The notes: a model not told the origin generated them from the letters alone. DNA of 56,306 nucleotides from an uncultured Candidatus Saccharibacteria bacterium (GCA_964549935.1 CAZJVT010000005.1:1-56306); one strand, 5' to 3'; positions 37,476 to 46,221 are shown, numbered from the stretch's first letter. Made by a program: numbers and translations.

Positions 37476-38660
37476 TTACCGCTTGAATGGTGACTTCGCA
37501 GCCAAGATTCTCTTCTTCGCAATCTTGATTGCGGTTTCGCGAGGCGTGGTCGCGCCCTTACCGACGCTTGCAAGCATCTCTTTTACATTCGGCACGATCT
37601 TGCTCTCAACGAGCTTAAACATTTTCTTCTCGTCATAACCCATGTACTCGGCGTAGCTACTGATGACGCCGCCGGCGTTAGCGATAAAGTCCGGGATAAT
37701 CAAAACATTTTTACGGTGCAGCTGCTTTTCAAACTCCTCGCGCATCGGGATGTTGGCGCCCTGGACGATAATCTGCGCCTTGATGCGATCAACGTTGTGC
37801 GAGCCGATAACGTCCGGTCCGGCGGCCGGGATCATCACGTCAGCCGAAAGCTCGTAGATAACGTCGCGAGAAAGCTTTTTGCTAGTGGTGGTCGCCGGGT
37901 AGTCGAGAACCGAACCAGTCTTGGCCTTTGCTTTCATCAGCTTGGCGTGGTTTAAGCCATGGCGGTCGTAGATAGTACCGCTGCTGTCAGATACAGCCAC
38001 CACCTTGGCTCCCCACTCCTCTAAGAACTTGTGGGCAAACGCGCCGACATTGCCGTAACCGGCGATAGTTATTTCAGCGCCCTTCAAGCTCATCTCCAAA
38101 TGCTCAAGCGCAACCTTCGCCGAAAGCGCGACGCCGAATCCGGTCGAGCCGAGCTCGTGCGGCAATCCTCGCTTTGTTTTGCCTCCCTTCTTTGTCGTAT
38201 AGTTCGCCGGCTTGCCGGTAACGGACTCCCACTCGCCGTGCGCATCAGCAAACCACATCATCTCGCGCTCCGTCGTGTTGATATCCGGACCGGCGATGTA
38301 GTACTTAGGCACAATCGGGCGAAGCATCTTTGCAAAGCTTTCGATAATCGCCTTTTTCTTGGCCAAACTCATCCCCTTCGGGTCTACCATGATGCCACTC
38401 TTGCCGCCACCAAACGGCAGCCCGGCCATGGCGTTTTTGTAGCTCATCGCGCGGGCCAAACGGGAAACCTCCACCTCATTAACCGTGCCAGTCATGCGAA
38501 TGCCGCCCTTAGCCATGCCGAGGTTCAGATTGTCGAGCACGGCGACACCGTGAAAGTTCAATTTTGGGTCATATACGCGAAAAACGATCTCCGGGCCAAG
38601 CTCGTCATAGATAATTTCAGTCTGCGCTCCCCGGTCTGCAGCCTTCTTTGTCTCTTCCAT
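37476..38660 (-). CDS. Glu/Leu/Phe/Val dehydrogenase family enzyme (glutamate dehydrogenase-like)
   Basis: MAKGGIRM and GGGKSGI catalytic motifs and a GYGNVG NAD(P)-binding loop. Confidence 0.8.
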   Translation of the reverse strand: MEETKKAADRGAQTEIIYDELGPEIVFRVYDPKLNFHGVAVLDNLNLGMAKGGIRMTGTVNEVEVSRLARAMSYKNAMAGLPFGGGKSGIMVDPKGMSLAKKKAIIESFAKMLRPIVPKYYIAGPDINTTEREMMWFADAHGEWESVTGKPANYTTKKGGKTKRGLPHELGSTGFGVALSAKVALEHLEMSLKGAEITIAGYGNVGAFAHKFLEEWGAKVVAVSDSSGTIYDRHGLNHAKLMKAKAKTGSVLDYPATTTSKKLSRDVIYELSADVMIPAAGPDVIGSHNVDRIKAQIIVQGANIPMREEFEKQLHRKNVLIIPDFIANAGGVISSYAEYMGYDEKKMFKLVESKIVPNVKEMLASVGKGATTPRETAIKIAKKRILAAKSPFKR

Positions 38661-38764
38661 ACGTAAATGTAAATAATGCTAATTTGCTAATTAGTGCCAA
38701 TTATACGCTTCTGCAAAAACAAAAGCTAATTTACAGTTTCCCTTTTTTAGGTCAAAGTTAAGCT

Positions 38765-39658
38765 ATGTCAGAACAATACAAAGAGACATTAGAGCAACGT
38801 TTGCCGGAGGCGCTGAAGAAAATAATGAGTGCGAAAGAAGCGGCGGAAAACGACCACTCCGTCCGGACACTGCAGCTCAAAAATGGCGAATACGAGTTAA
38901 CATACGTGCCCGCAATACATAGCAACGATCCTAAAGATTCCCTGATGCAAGAAATAGAAACTCGTTTCCAAGAAATGGGCCCGGCACTAGTCGTCATTGA
39001 GGGGTGGCCCGACCTCATTGACCCAAGGTCGGCGAAGGACGTTGAGATTGCTTATGGTGAACAAAATCTGACGCGTGATGAATATATCATCAAGCAAGAA
39101 GAGCGCGGCTTAGCAGTTCGTCTCGCTAGTGAACACGGCCTACCTATCGCCTCCCCTGAACCACTGGACAAAACTATCGCCCAACAATTAATGAGTGAAA
39201 ATATAAGCCCGGAAGATATCATCGGCTTTTATGTACTACGCGGCCTCAAACAAGAGATAAGAACTAAAAAGCAGCTACCCGCTCCCGCTCAAATACTTTG
39301 GAGTATCGAGGAAACCAAGAAACATCTTGGCTTAGAACACGTGCCCTACCAGCCGTCCATGCTGCAAAATCGCTTGTCAGAACTTACGGGTATCGAAAAA
39401 GAAAAACTTGATACTTTAGACAAGCTCAGCGAAGAAGAATTAACGCAGGTCTTCGACTTAACGGACCCTATCCCATGGGAAGGGAAACCGTCTAGGACAT
39501 TTAACAAGATCAGCGAACTCATCAACGTTATGCGCGATAGTTTTGCTGTGGCAAAAACTGCCGAGTATCTAACGAAATACAAAAAAGTTTTCGTGACATA
39601 CGGCGGCAGCCATCTGCTTATGCAAAAGCCGGCATTGGAGTATCTGCTCCAAAATTGA
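38765..39658 (+). CDS. Hypothetical protein
   Basis: 297-aa ORF with no recognised motif. Confidence 0.45.
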   Translation: MSEQYKETLEQRLPEALKKIMSAKEAAENDHSVRTLQLKNGEYELTYVPAIHSNDPKDSLMQEIETRFQEMGPALVVIEGWPDLIDPRSAKDVEIAYGEQNLTRDEYIIKQEERGLAVRLASEHGLPIASPEPLDKTIAQQLMSENISPEDIIGFYVLRGLKQEIRTKKQLPAPAQILWSIEETKKHLGLEHVPYQPSMLQNRLSELTGIEKEKLDTLDKLSEEELTQVFDLTDPIPWEGKPSRTFNKISELINVMRDSFAVAKTAEYLTKYKKVFVTYGGSHLLMQKPALEYLLQN

Positions 39659-39705
39659 AAATTGTAAATTGAAAATTGTAAATTAGAAATTGTAAATTAA
39701 ATTGC
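39651..39705. repeat. Heptamer tandem array ((A/T)AAATTG-like, about 7 units) between convergent genes
   Basis: aaaattg aaaattg taaattg aaaattg taaatta gaaattg taaatta aattgcc. Confidence 0.9.
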
Positions 39706-39709
39706 CGGT

Positions 39710-41152
39710 CTACTGCCCGGCAATTTTGTATACATCCCCCGCGCCCATCAAGACAATCACGTTGTTGTCCTTTTTGAATTGTTTTACGAATTGTTTGCCG
39801 CTTTGCATTGTCGGAAGATAGGTCACGGCCTTGTGAAACTTTTTTGTTTCACGGGCGAGGTCCTCGCCGTTAACCGGGCCACTTGTTTCACGCGCCGACG
39901 GGAAGATCTCCATAATCCCGACCTCATCCGCGGGCGTAAAACATTTGGCAAACTCGGAAAGCAGCGCCTGAGTGCGGCTGAACATATGCGGCTGGAATAC
40001 GCAGGCAAGCTTACGGTCCGGGTAGAGTGCTTTAATACCCTCGAGCGTTATCGTAATCGCTGTTGGGTGATGCGCGTAATCATCAATGATGGTGTAGGTT
40101 TTTGCGGTTTTGATAACCTCTAACCGACGGGCGGTACCCGGGAAACTGGCGAGCGCCGCAGCCGCCTCCTCTACTGACGCGCCGGCCATCGTTGCGGCAG
40201 CAATTGCCGCGCCGGAGTTAAGCACGTATTGTTTGCCGGGAAACGGAACGCCGGCCTCAATCTCTCTACCGTAAAACAAAACGTGAAACATTTGTGAAAC
40301 ATTTTTCTTTCCCGTGTGCTTCCCGGCGGGGGAGTACCCAATCCCCTTGTCTTCGAGTCGGCACATCTTATTTTCGGCATTAAAACCGTATGTCAGTGTC
40401 TTAACCCCTTTCTCTTTGGCGTAGGCGGCCAACAATTTTGTTTCACGATTATCCCCCTCAATAACCAGGAAGCCGGCCGGGTCAATGTTGTCTACTAACT
40501 TTTTAAAAGATTCGTAATACTGCTTAGGCGTCTTAAAGTAATCCGGGTGATCATAATCAATGCTCGTAATGATTGCCGCAAACGGCTTGTAGTTCAAAAA
40601 GGCATCCCGGTACTCATCTGCCTCGATGACTAAGAACGGCCCCTTGCCGGCGCGAGCGTTGCTCTCCCATTTATTAACTTTGGTGCCGACGATCACGTTT
40701 GGCTCGAAGCCGAGCTTTTCAAAAATCCAACCGAGCATCGCGGTGGTCGTCGACTTCCCATGGCTGCCGGCAACGGCGATGACTTGGTACTGCTTCGAGA
40801 GCTCGCCGAGCGCCTGCGGGTAGGTGATAATTTTTACTTTACGGCGCAGCGCCTCCTTGACCTCGACGTTTTCATTCAGCGCCTTTCCGTTAAAAAAGTA
40901 TGCAACAGAACTAATTACCAGCTGCGTATCGGCCGGAATATTTTTTGCGGCAAACGGCTGCGCAACCGGAATCTTTAAGCGCTTCAAAACTGCGTCCGTA
41001 AAAAATTCATCCGTGCCATCCGATCCGGTCACCTTGCACCCGCGCGAAAGCAAAATCTGCGCCAAGGCGGTCATGCCCACGCCCTTGATGCCGATGAGAT
41101 GCACTTTGAGCCCCTTTTCGAATTGGAGAGTGGAGATTGGAAATTTCGCCAT
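39710..41152 (-). CDS. murC: UDP-N-acetylmuramate--L-alanine ligase
   Basis: HLIGIKGVGMTALAQ N-terminal motif and GSHGKSTTT P-loop. The start is taken at MAKFPIS (41152). The longer ORF runs into the neighbouring G+C-rich cassette. Confidence 0.85.
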   Translation of the reverse strand: MAKFPISTLQFEKGLKVHLIGIKGVGMTALAQILLSRGCKVTGSDGTDEFFTDAVLKRLKIPVAQPFAAKNIPADTQLVISSVAYFFNGKALNENVEVKEALRRKVKIITYPQALGELSKQYQVIAVAGSHGKSTTTAMLGWIFEKLGFEPNVIVGTKVNKWESNARAGKGPFLVIEADEYRDAFLNYKPFAAIITSIDYDHPDYFKTPKQYYESFKKLVDNIDPAGFLVIEGDNRETKLLAAYAKEKGVKTLTYGFNAENKMCRLEDKGIGYSPAGKHTGKKNVSQMFHVLFYGREIEAGVPFPGKQYVLNSGAAIAAATMAGASVEEAAAALASFPGTARRLEVIKTAKTYTIIDDYAHHPTAITITLEGIKALYPDRKLACVFQPHMFSRTQALLSEFAKCFTPADEVGIMEIFPSARETSGPVNGEDLARETKKFHKAVTYLPTMQSGKQFVKQFKKDNNVIVLMGAGDVYKIAGQ

Positions 41153-41210
41153 GTTCTTATACCCTACATCAAGTTCATTAAAATGCGAAGCGGGGTGGGC
41201 ACATGGTGCC

Positions 41211-41735
41211 CTACCCCGTTCGGCGGACGACGATTCGGAAGCGCCGATCGAATTCCTGGTGTTGGCGGCGGCGCCACCAGTCAGGATACTTGCGTCGGGC
41301 TCGATCGCGGTCTTCAACAGCCTGCATGACCGCAGAGAGGGCCTTGCGCCTCAGAGTCACCGGATTGTAGAATCGCAGCCGGTGAACGATTGCGAATCCA
41401 TACCCGTACTCCCGTGCAAGACGCGCCTGCTTGTGCTTGTGAGGCTCCTTCTTCCCCTTTTCATGGACGATCTTCCGGCCGAACTTACGCACATCGATGA
41501 GGATGTCGAGCTCGGGCAGGTAGATATCGATCATAGTGCCGCACCAGACAGAGTTACCCTGCTTGTCGCGACGCTCCTCCCGTAGGAAAATCGTCGCGCT
41601 CTCAACTTCGAGATTCAGCTCCTGAGTTAGGACGATGAGGATGTCGATCTCCTCTTTGAGCAACTCACGGCGGGCAGCCGGGAACCCAACACCGCGCGAA
41701 CCGATGATGGGCTCAATCTGCACTTCATACTTCAT
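41211..41735 (-). CDS. G+C-rich cassette protein, possible DUF559/Vsr-like (PD-(D/E)xK fold) endonuclease
   Basis: ATG preceded by AAAGGAGG. IDIYLPELDILIDVRKFGRKIVH ... LAREYGYGFAIVHRLRF resembles the DUF559 core. Assigned from memory only. Confidence 0.45.
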   Translation of the reverse strand: MKYEVQIEPIIGSRGVGFPAARRELLKEEIDILIVLTQELNLEVESATIFLREERRDKQGNSVWCGTMIDIYLPELDILIDVRKFGRKIVHEKGKKEPHKHKQARLAREYGYGFAIVHRLRFYNPVTLRRKALSAVMQAVEDRDRARRKYPDWWRRRQHQEFDRRFRIVVRRTG

Positions 41736-41780
41736 GAGCCCCTCCTTTCGGGACTTTGCTACCCTACCAAATTTTGCCCC

Positions 41781-41806
41781 AAAAACAAAACTGGCCTTGC
41801 GGCCAG
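41781..41806 (-). terminator. Rho-independent terminator of tyrS
   Basis: Minus-strand ctggcc-gcaa-ggccag followed by TTTTGTTTTT. Confidence 0.75.
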
Positions 41807-41812
41807 CTCTGT

Positions 41813-43006
41813 CTATCTTCGTACTACTTTTGCAAACTTTCTCGGCCCAACCTGCACGATCATACCGTCATCAATCGCGATGGTCTCCGCCGGGTCCAGC
41901 TTCTTTTCTTCATTGATGCGCACGCCACCCTGCTCGATAAGTCGCCGCGCCTCGCTCTTGCTGGTCGCAAACCCAGTGTTAAAGACTAACTCGAGTAGCG
42001 TAAGCGCGTGGTCGCTAACGACAACCTCCGGCATCTCCTTCGGCAGCTCGCCGCGGCCAAAGAGCGAGTCAAAAGCGTCCTTCGCTTTTTCAGCGGCAAC
42101 CTTGCCGTGGTAGAGCATCGTTATTTCGTGCGCCAAACGAATCTTCTTCTCCTTCGGATGCGCCGGTAGCGCCGCAATCTCCTCCGGCGAAAGGTCGGTA
42201 CATAGCTTAAAGTATTTTTCGACAAGCTCGTCCTTAACAGACATCACCTTGCCAAACATATCGTTGGCCTCATCGGTGATATTAATCACATTGCCCCAGC
42301 TCGTGCTCATCTTACGCCCGTCCGTGCCCTCGAGCATCTCGGTCATCATAATGTCCTGTGGTGCCATTTTAAAATGCTCCTGCACAACGCGACCGGCCTT
42401 CAAGTTAAAGAGCTGATCAAAGCCGCCGAGCTCAACGTCTGACTTCACGGCAACCGAGTCGTACCCCTGCATCAGCGGGTAGAGCGTCTCTTCGAGACCA
42501 ACCTCCCCTCCTTTTTCGACGCGCTCGGCAAAATTGCGACGCGCCATCATCTGGTTCATCGTGAAGCTGCGCGCCAAATCAACAAGCTGCAAAAAATCCA
42601 ACTTCTTAAGCCAGGAGCTATTAAAAAGAAACTCCGCTTTAGAAACGTCGAGGATTTTGCCCACCTGTTGCTTGTAGTGCTTAATATTTTCCTTGATTTG
42701 AGCGTCAGTGAGTCGCGGCCGCTTATCGAGCTTGTCGGACGGGTCACCGATGCGGGCCGTGAAATCACCGACGATAAAAACAACCTGGTGCCCCAGCTTT
42801 TGAAACTCGCGCATCTTTCGCAAAACAATCGCCCGGCCGATGTGAATCTTCGAACCGGTCGGATCAAAACCAAGCTTAATGCGCAGCTGCTTACCGGAAA
42901 TTAACTGCTTCTCGAGGTGCTCACGGTCGATGATGTCCGCCACCCCCCGCTTGAGAAGCTCGGCAATCTTCGCCGGGTCTGTATCAATTTTTGGCTTCGA
43001 AAACAT
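41813..43006 (-). CDS. tyrS: Tyrosyl-tRNA synthetase
   Basis: Class I HIGH-like (IHIGR) and KMSKS-like (KMSTS) motifs, plus a C-terminal S4 domain. Confidence 0.9.
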   Translation of the reverse strand: MFSKPKIDTDPAKIAELLKRGVADIIDREHLEKQLISGKQLRIKLGFDPTGSKIHIGRAIVLRKMREFQKLGHQVVFIVGDFTARIGDPSDKLDKRPRLTDAQIKENIKHYKQQVGKILDVSKAEFLFNSSWLKKLDFLQLVDLARSFTMNQMMARRNFAERVEKGGEVGLEETLYPLMQGYDSVAVKSDVELGGFDQLFNLKAGRVVQEHFKMAPQDIMMTEMLEGTDGRKMSTSWGNVINITDEANDMFGKVMSVKDELVEKYFKLCTDLSPEEIAALPAHPKEKKIRLAHEITMLYHGKVAAEKAKDAFDSLFGRGELPKEMPEVVVSDHALTLLELVFNTGFATSKSEARRLIEQGGVRINEEKKLDPAETIAIDDGMIVQVGPRKFAKVVRR

Positions 43007-43110
43007 ATATCTTATTGTACTCGTTAATTATGAAGATTCAAAGGTTGGTACTCGGGTGCCCGGCCGCCTTGAGGCGGCAACGGGCACCCGCGCGATTCGG
43101 CTTTCGCCGA

Positions 43111-43299
43111 TTACTCCGACTTGGGAGGGGCAGCAGTAGGCCCATCCGCCTGACACTTCGGGCAGCTTTCGGCCAGCGGCGCGCCGAGATCATCGAACTC
43201 CCGCCCTGCTGCAGCCTGACACTTGCAGACCTGTTCGCAACCCATCGTCCACTCTCCTCTTGAGGAGCCCTCGCTGGTACAAATAAACCGTTTACTCAT
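43111..43299 (-). CDS. G+C-rich small Cys-rich protein (62 aa, 6 Cys including CKC and CPKC)
   Basis: ATG preceded by GGGGAGGG. A G+C-rich nested hairpin lies downstream (43053-43092). Confidence 0.4.
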   Translation of the reverse strand: MSKRFICTSEGSSRGEWTMGCEQVCKCQAAAGREFDDLGAPLAESCPKCQADGPTAAPPKSE

Positions 43300-43527
43300 A
43301 CCAGCGACCCTCCCCGAGAAAAAAGAAAACCGCTCGGGGAGCGGTGGTATGAGAGACGTTATACAACAAAACTACCGCGTCCGAGGGTTGAGAGTAAATG
43401 CGCGATAAAAGAAAACGAAATTGAGTTGTACGGCCGGGCGAGAATTCATATATGAAAAGAATAAGCGAAATACAAAATCCCGTCAAACTATCCTCCCTCC
43501 CCCGCACTACACAATATCCGGACCTTG

Positions 43528-43551
43528 TTACAGTGTACTAGTACACTGTAA
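43528..43551. promoter_or_regulatory. 24-nt perfect palindrome TTACAGTGTACTAGTACACTGTAA (trp-operator-like), remote copy
   Basis: Shares 26 nt (ccttgttacagtgtactagtacactg) with the site at 54785-54810 in inverted orientation. On the minus strand it overlaps a GTTACT-17-TACACT promoter-like pattern. Confidence 0.5.
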
Positions 43552-43688
43552 CGTAGTAACTTATATGAAAATACTTCGGCGAGCTCAGCATAAATCGAAA
43601 GGGTCTCCTTCAGCCGGAGCTGAAGGAGTCCCTTCGCGCGGGGTAGCTCCCCCAATCTCACCACTCTCGTAGGTGACACGCCTTTCGT

Positions 43689-44504
43689 TTAGAAACTCAG
43701 CGTCACTGCGACGCCGAAGACCTCCTGGTGCTGCCGGTCCCGCTCCTGATACGGACCGAACTCTTTGACGAAGACCTCGGCGCTCACACCGTCCGAGATC
43801 TTGCACTCCAGCCCGATCCGCCCAGTGAGCGTCCAGCCCGTATCCACGACCTTGGCAATGCCGCAGTCGTAGAGCGCGCTGACACCGACCTTGAGCGAAA
43901 CCGGCCCGACGACCTTGACGCTGTAATCCGCGCCAAGGGTCGCCGTAGGACGCCGCCCGAGTTCCGGAAGTAGCCCGAGACGACACTCGACCTGGGCGTA
44001 CGGCTTGAGTTTGCCCGCACTTCCAAAGTCAAAGTCCTTGCCGAACTTGAGCCGAGGGATCAGGATGTCTCCCCGACTCTGCGACTCCGGCAGGAGGTCC
44101 AGATACAGCAGATCGGCGGTCACCCACCAACTCCGCTCGAACTTCCAAGTATGGCCGACCGTGAAGTCCACCTCGTCGGACGACGTCTTCACGCCACCTG
44201 ACTCCTGAAGTCCAGTGGACCACCAGATGCCGACGTGCCAGCCGCTCGGCTCGCTCACGAGAAGCTCGGTCTGAACTGCTGGCTCGTCGCGCAGCAGTCC
44301 GCCGAAGTACCGCACGTCCTTGCTCACGTAGGTGCTCGTGAGCCTCACCTTCCACGACTCGGCCGTCTCCTTGACGACCGGGGGTTGCGCGACGACGGAG
44401 TTGACCGCCGCCGCAAGATCACTCTTCATCTCCTGCGCCTGCGCGACCGTCGCGCTGACATACGAGAGAAGCACGAACAGGACATAAGATAGTGACCGGG
44501 ACAT
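43689..44504 (-). CDS. G+C-rich outer-membrane-type beta-barrel protein (Gcw_chp-like?), copy 1
   Basis: Signal peptide MSRSLSYVLFVLLSYVSATVAQAQ, alternating-hydrophobic strands, and a C-terminal VTLSF with terminal Phe. Start taken at the ATG at 44504. Confidence 0.6.
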   Translation of the reverse strand: MSRSLSYVLFVLLSYVSATVAQAQEMKSDLAAAVNSVVAQPPVVKETAESWKVRLTSTYVSKDVRYFGGLLRDEPAVQTELLVSEPSGWHVGIWWSTGLQESGGVKTSSDEVDFTVGHTWKFERSWWVTADLLYLDLLPESQSRGDILIPRLKFGKDFDFGSAGKLKPYAQVECRLGLLPELGRRPTATLGADYSVKVVGPVSLKVGVSALYDCGIAKVVDTGWTLTGRIGLECKISDGVSAEVFVKEFGPYQERDRQHQEVFGVAVTLSF

Positions 44505-44569
44505 GGGAACTCGCTTTCCGGGGCTTCTACCCCTTCCCTGTGAATGAGCTACTATCAACAGCGCCTACC

Positions 44570-44584
44570 TTGACGCTTTTGTCA
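44570..44584. promoter_or_regulatory. Inverted repeat TTGAC-N6-GTCA in the divergent intergenic region (candidate operator)
   Basis: ttgacgcttttgtca. The equivalent TTGAC-N5-GTCAA lies at 47298-47312 in the second module. Confidence 0.35.
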
Positions 44585-44650
44585 GATTAGTATAGATTAA
44601 TGGAGTGGCCAACGGTGCCATAGGGTGCTTGTCGCCACCACATACAATTA

Positions 44651-44685
44651 TTAGAAATTAGTAATTGGAAATTAGAAATTTCAAA
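44651..44685. repeat. Heptamer tandem repeat (TTAGAAA-like x5)
   Basis: ttagaaa ttagtaa ttggaaa ttagaaa tttcaaa, immediately before the ATG at 44689. Confidence 0.85.
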
Positions 44686-44688
44686 AAC

Positions 44689-45444
44689 ATGTACCAGGAA
44701 GTTTTTGAGGGTCTCGGTCTCTCCCCTAACGAGGCGAAGATTTACGAAACGCTCGTCGTGCACGGCGAATTAGGTGTGAGTGAAATCGCCACACGCTCAC
44801 AAATCCACCGCCGCAACGCCTACGACGCAATTCGCCGCCTCATCGACAAAGGATTGTGTTTTGAAATTATTTCGAAAAAAGAAAATTTATATAACGCAGT
44901 TGATCCGGGGAAGCTCTTAGAACTCACTGAAGAAAAACGCCAGTCAATTGAAAATATTTTGCCGGATTTAAATAAAAAGTTTCACCACCGAGCTTCAACC
45001 GAAGAGGCGTTTATCTACAAAGGCTACGAAGGCCAGAAAAATATCTGGCGAGAGATCCTACGCGTTGGCCAGGATATTTATATCATTGGTGCCAAAGCAC
45101 AGTGGTTTGATGCAAAACTTGATGCTGCTCGCGATGCTTTTTATCGCGAAACCAAACGCAAAAAAATGACCTTTCGCTTGCTCCTCGACCAAGAGGTGCG
45201 AGAACGGCTTCCTAATTTTACGGAGACTTATCCCGGACTGATGGAGCACCGCTGGCTGCCGAAACAGTCTTCAACAAGCGCGATCGTCGTGACCTTTGGC
45301 GACTACGTCGTGATGTATGCTGGTGTCGGAATTATGAAAATGGACGATAACACCGTATTCTTTGTCATCAAAAGTGCTGCTCTCGCCGAAGGCTATCGTG
45401 CCTGGTTTAAAAATATGTGGGAACAGAGTAAGGAAAATAAATAA
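44689..45444 (+). CDS. TrmB-family transcriptional regulator, copy 1
   Basis: N-terminal winged HTH: GLSPNEAKIYETLVVHGELGVSEIATRSQIHRRNAYDAIRRLIDKGL. ATG at 44689 is preferred over the TTG at 44665. Confidence 0.7.
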   Translation: MYQEVFEGLGLSPNEAKIYETLVVHGELGVSEIATRSQIHRRNAYDAIRRLIDKGLCFEIISKKENLYNAVDPGKLLELTEEKRQSIENILPDLNKKFHHRASTEEAFIYKGYEGQKNIWREILRVGQDIYIIGAKAQWFDAKLDAARDAFYRETKRKKMTFRLLLDQEVRERLPNFTETYPGLMEHRWLPKQSSTSAIVVTFGDYVVMYAGVGIMKMDDNTVFFVIKSAALAEGYRAWFKNMWEQSKENK

Positions 45445-45492
45445 TCTTCACTCAACCATCTGCACGGATAGTTAAATACGAGCCATGAGATC

Positions 45493-46134
45493 TCAAGCGG
45501 CTGAACTCCTAAGCTGGGCCGCAGTTTCGGCGCTTAGCAAATGCAAAAGTTCTTTGGCGCTGCGATCTTCGATAACCCGTGGCTTGCCGTCTACAAATTT
45601 TTTAGCGTCATTCACGTTACAAATTTTGCTGTCTGGCCGCAAAATACCTCGCGCTACCAAATCGTCGAGCATCACGTGGCAATCGGGACAGGGATGCAAT
45701 GCGTCATCGGCCTGATCCACATCTAAACCGCGCACGACACGCGATGTATTAGTCTCACGCGATACAGTCACGATACCGATGATAATCGGGTACGGATGCC
45801 CGGCCTGCGCAGCTCCAATGGCGTTACGTTCAGCGCAGCGTTTGTATACACCTTCGACCGGTATGTCTTTGGGCTTAAAATTATGCCCGGAAAATTCCTT
45901 GTACTCGCCGCTCTGCCCGTCCATACTAGGGAACCATGCAAGCACCGCACACCCTACTTTAAACGGCCGCTCTTTACGGTGCGAGACTGCATTGTCACGC
46001 GCTAGGGCGGCCTTTTCAATTAATTCATCTCGGTGGCGATCAAAATAAGCGAGGTGCTCCTGCATCTGCTCGGGAGTAAGTTTTGCATACTCCGGTCGCT
46101 CCAAAGAATGAACCGCCTCCATATTCCCAGTCAT
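45493..46134 (-). CDS. Cytidine/deoxycytidylate deaminase-family zinc enzyme
   Basis: CAERNAI (C/H-A-E) and PCPDC zinc-ligand motifs. N- and C-terminal extensions are atypical. Confidence 0.55.
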   Translation of the reverse strand: MTGNMEAVHSLERPEYAKLTPEQMQEHLAYFDRHRDELIEKAALARDNAVSHRKERPFKVGCAVLAWFPSMDGQSGEYKEFSGHNFKPKDIPVEGVYKRCAERNAIGAAQAGHPYPIIIGIVTVSRETNTSRVVRGLDVDQADDALHPCPDCHVMLDDLVARGILRPDSKICNVNDAKKFVDGKPRVIEDRSAKELLHLLSAETAAQLRSSAA

Positions 46135-46195
46135 AGATTCATACTAAAATAATTTTCCTTTCTTGTTAAGTGAAACGCGTATGCAAAACGAGTAC

Positions 46196-46221
46196 GGGGC
46201 GGTCACAGCTGTGACCGCCCC
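46196..46221 (-). terminator. 26-nt perfect palindromic G+C-rich hairpin downstream of beta-barrel gene 2
   Basis: ggggcggtcacag/ctgtgaccgcccc. Confidence 0.5.

Noticed and set aside
39651-39705. Heptamer arrays as a CRISPR array or minisatellite-encoded peptide
   Set aside because: The units are 7 nt with no spacers, far too short for CRISPR. The arrays are AT-rich and lie at gene boundaries.
41153-41317. 55-aa N-terminal extension of the murC ORF
   Set aside because: It overlaps the 3' end of the G+C-rich cassette gene on the same strand in another frame. The canonical MurC N-terminus (MAKFPIS...HLIGIKGVGM) begins at 41152.
43040-43095. Large hairpin upstream of tyrS as a possible T-box leader
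   Set aside because: It is a simple G+C-rich nested hairpin (gggtgcccg gccgcc-ttga-ggcggc aacgggcaccc) with no specifier loop or T-box sequence. It sits directly after the stop of the Cys-rich ORF and fits better as that cassette's terminator.
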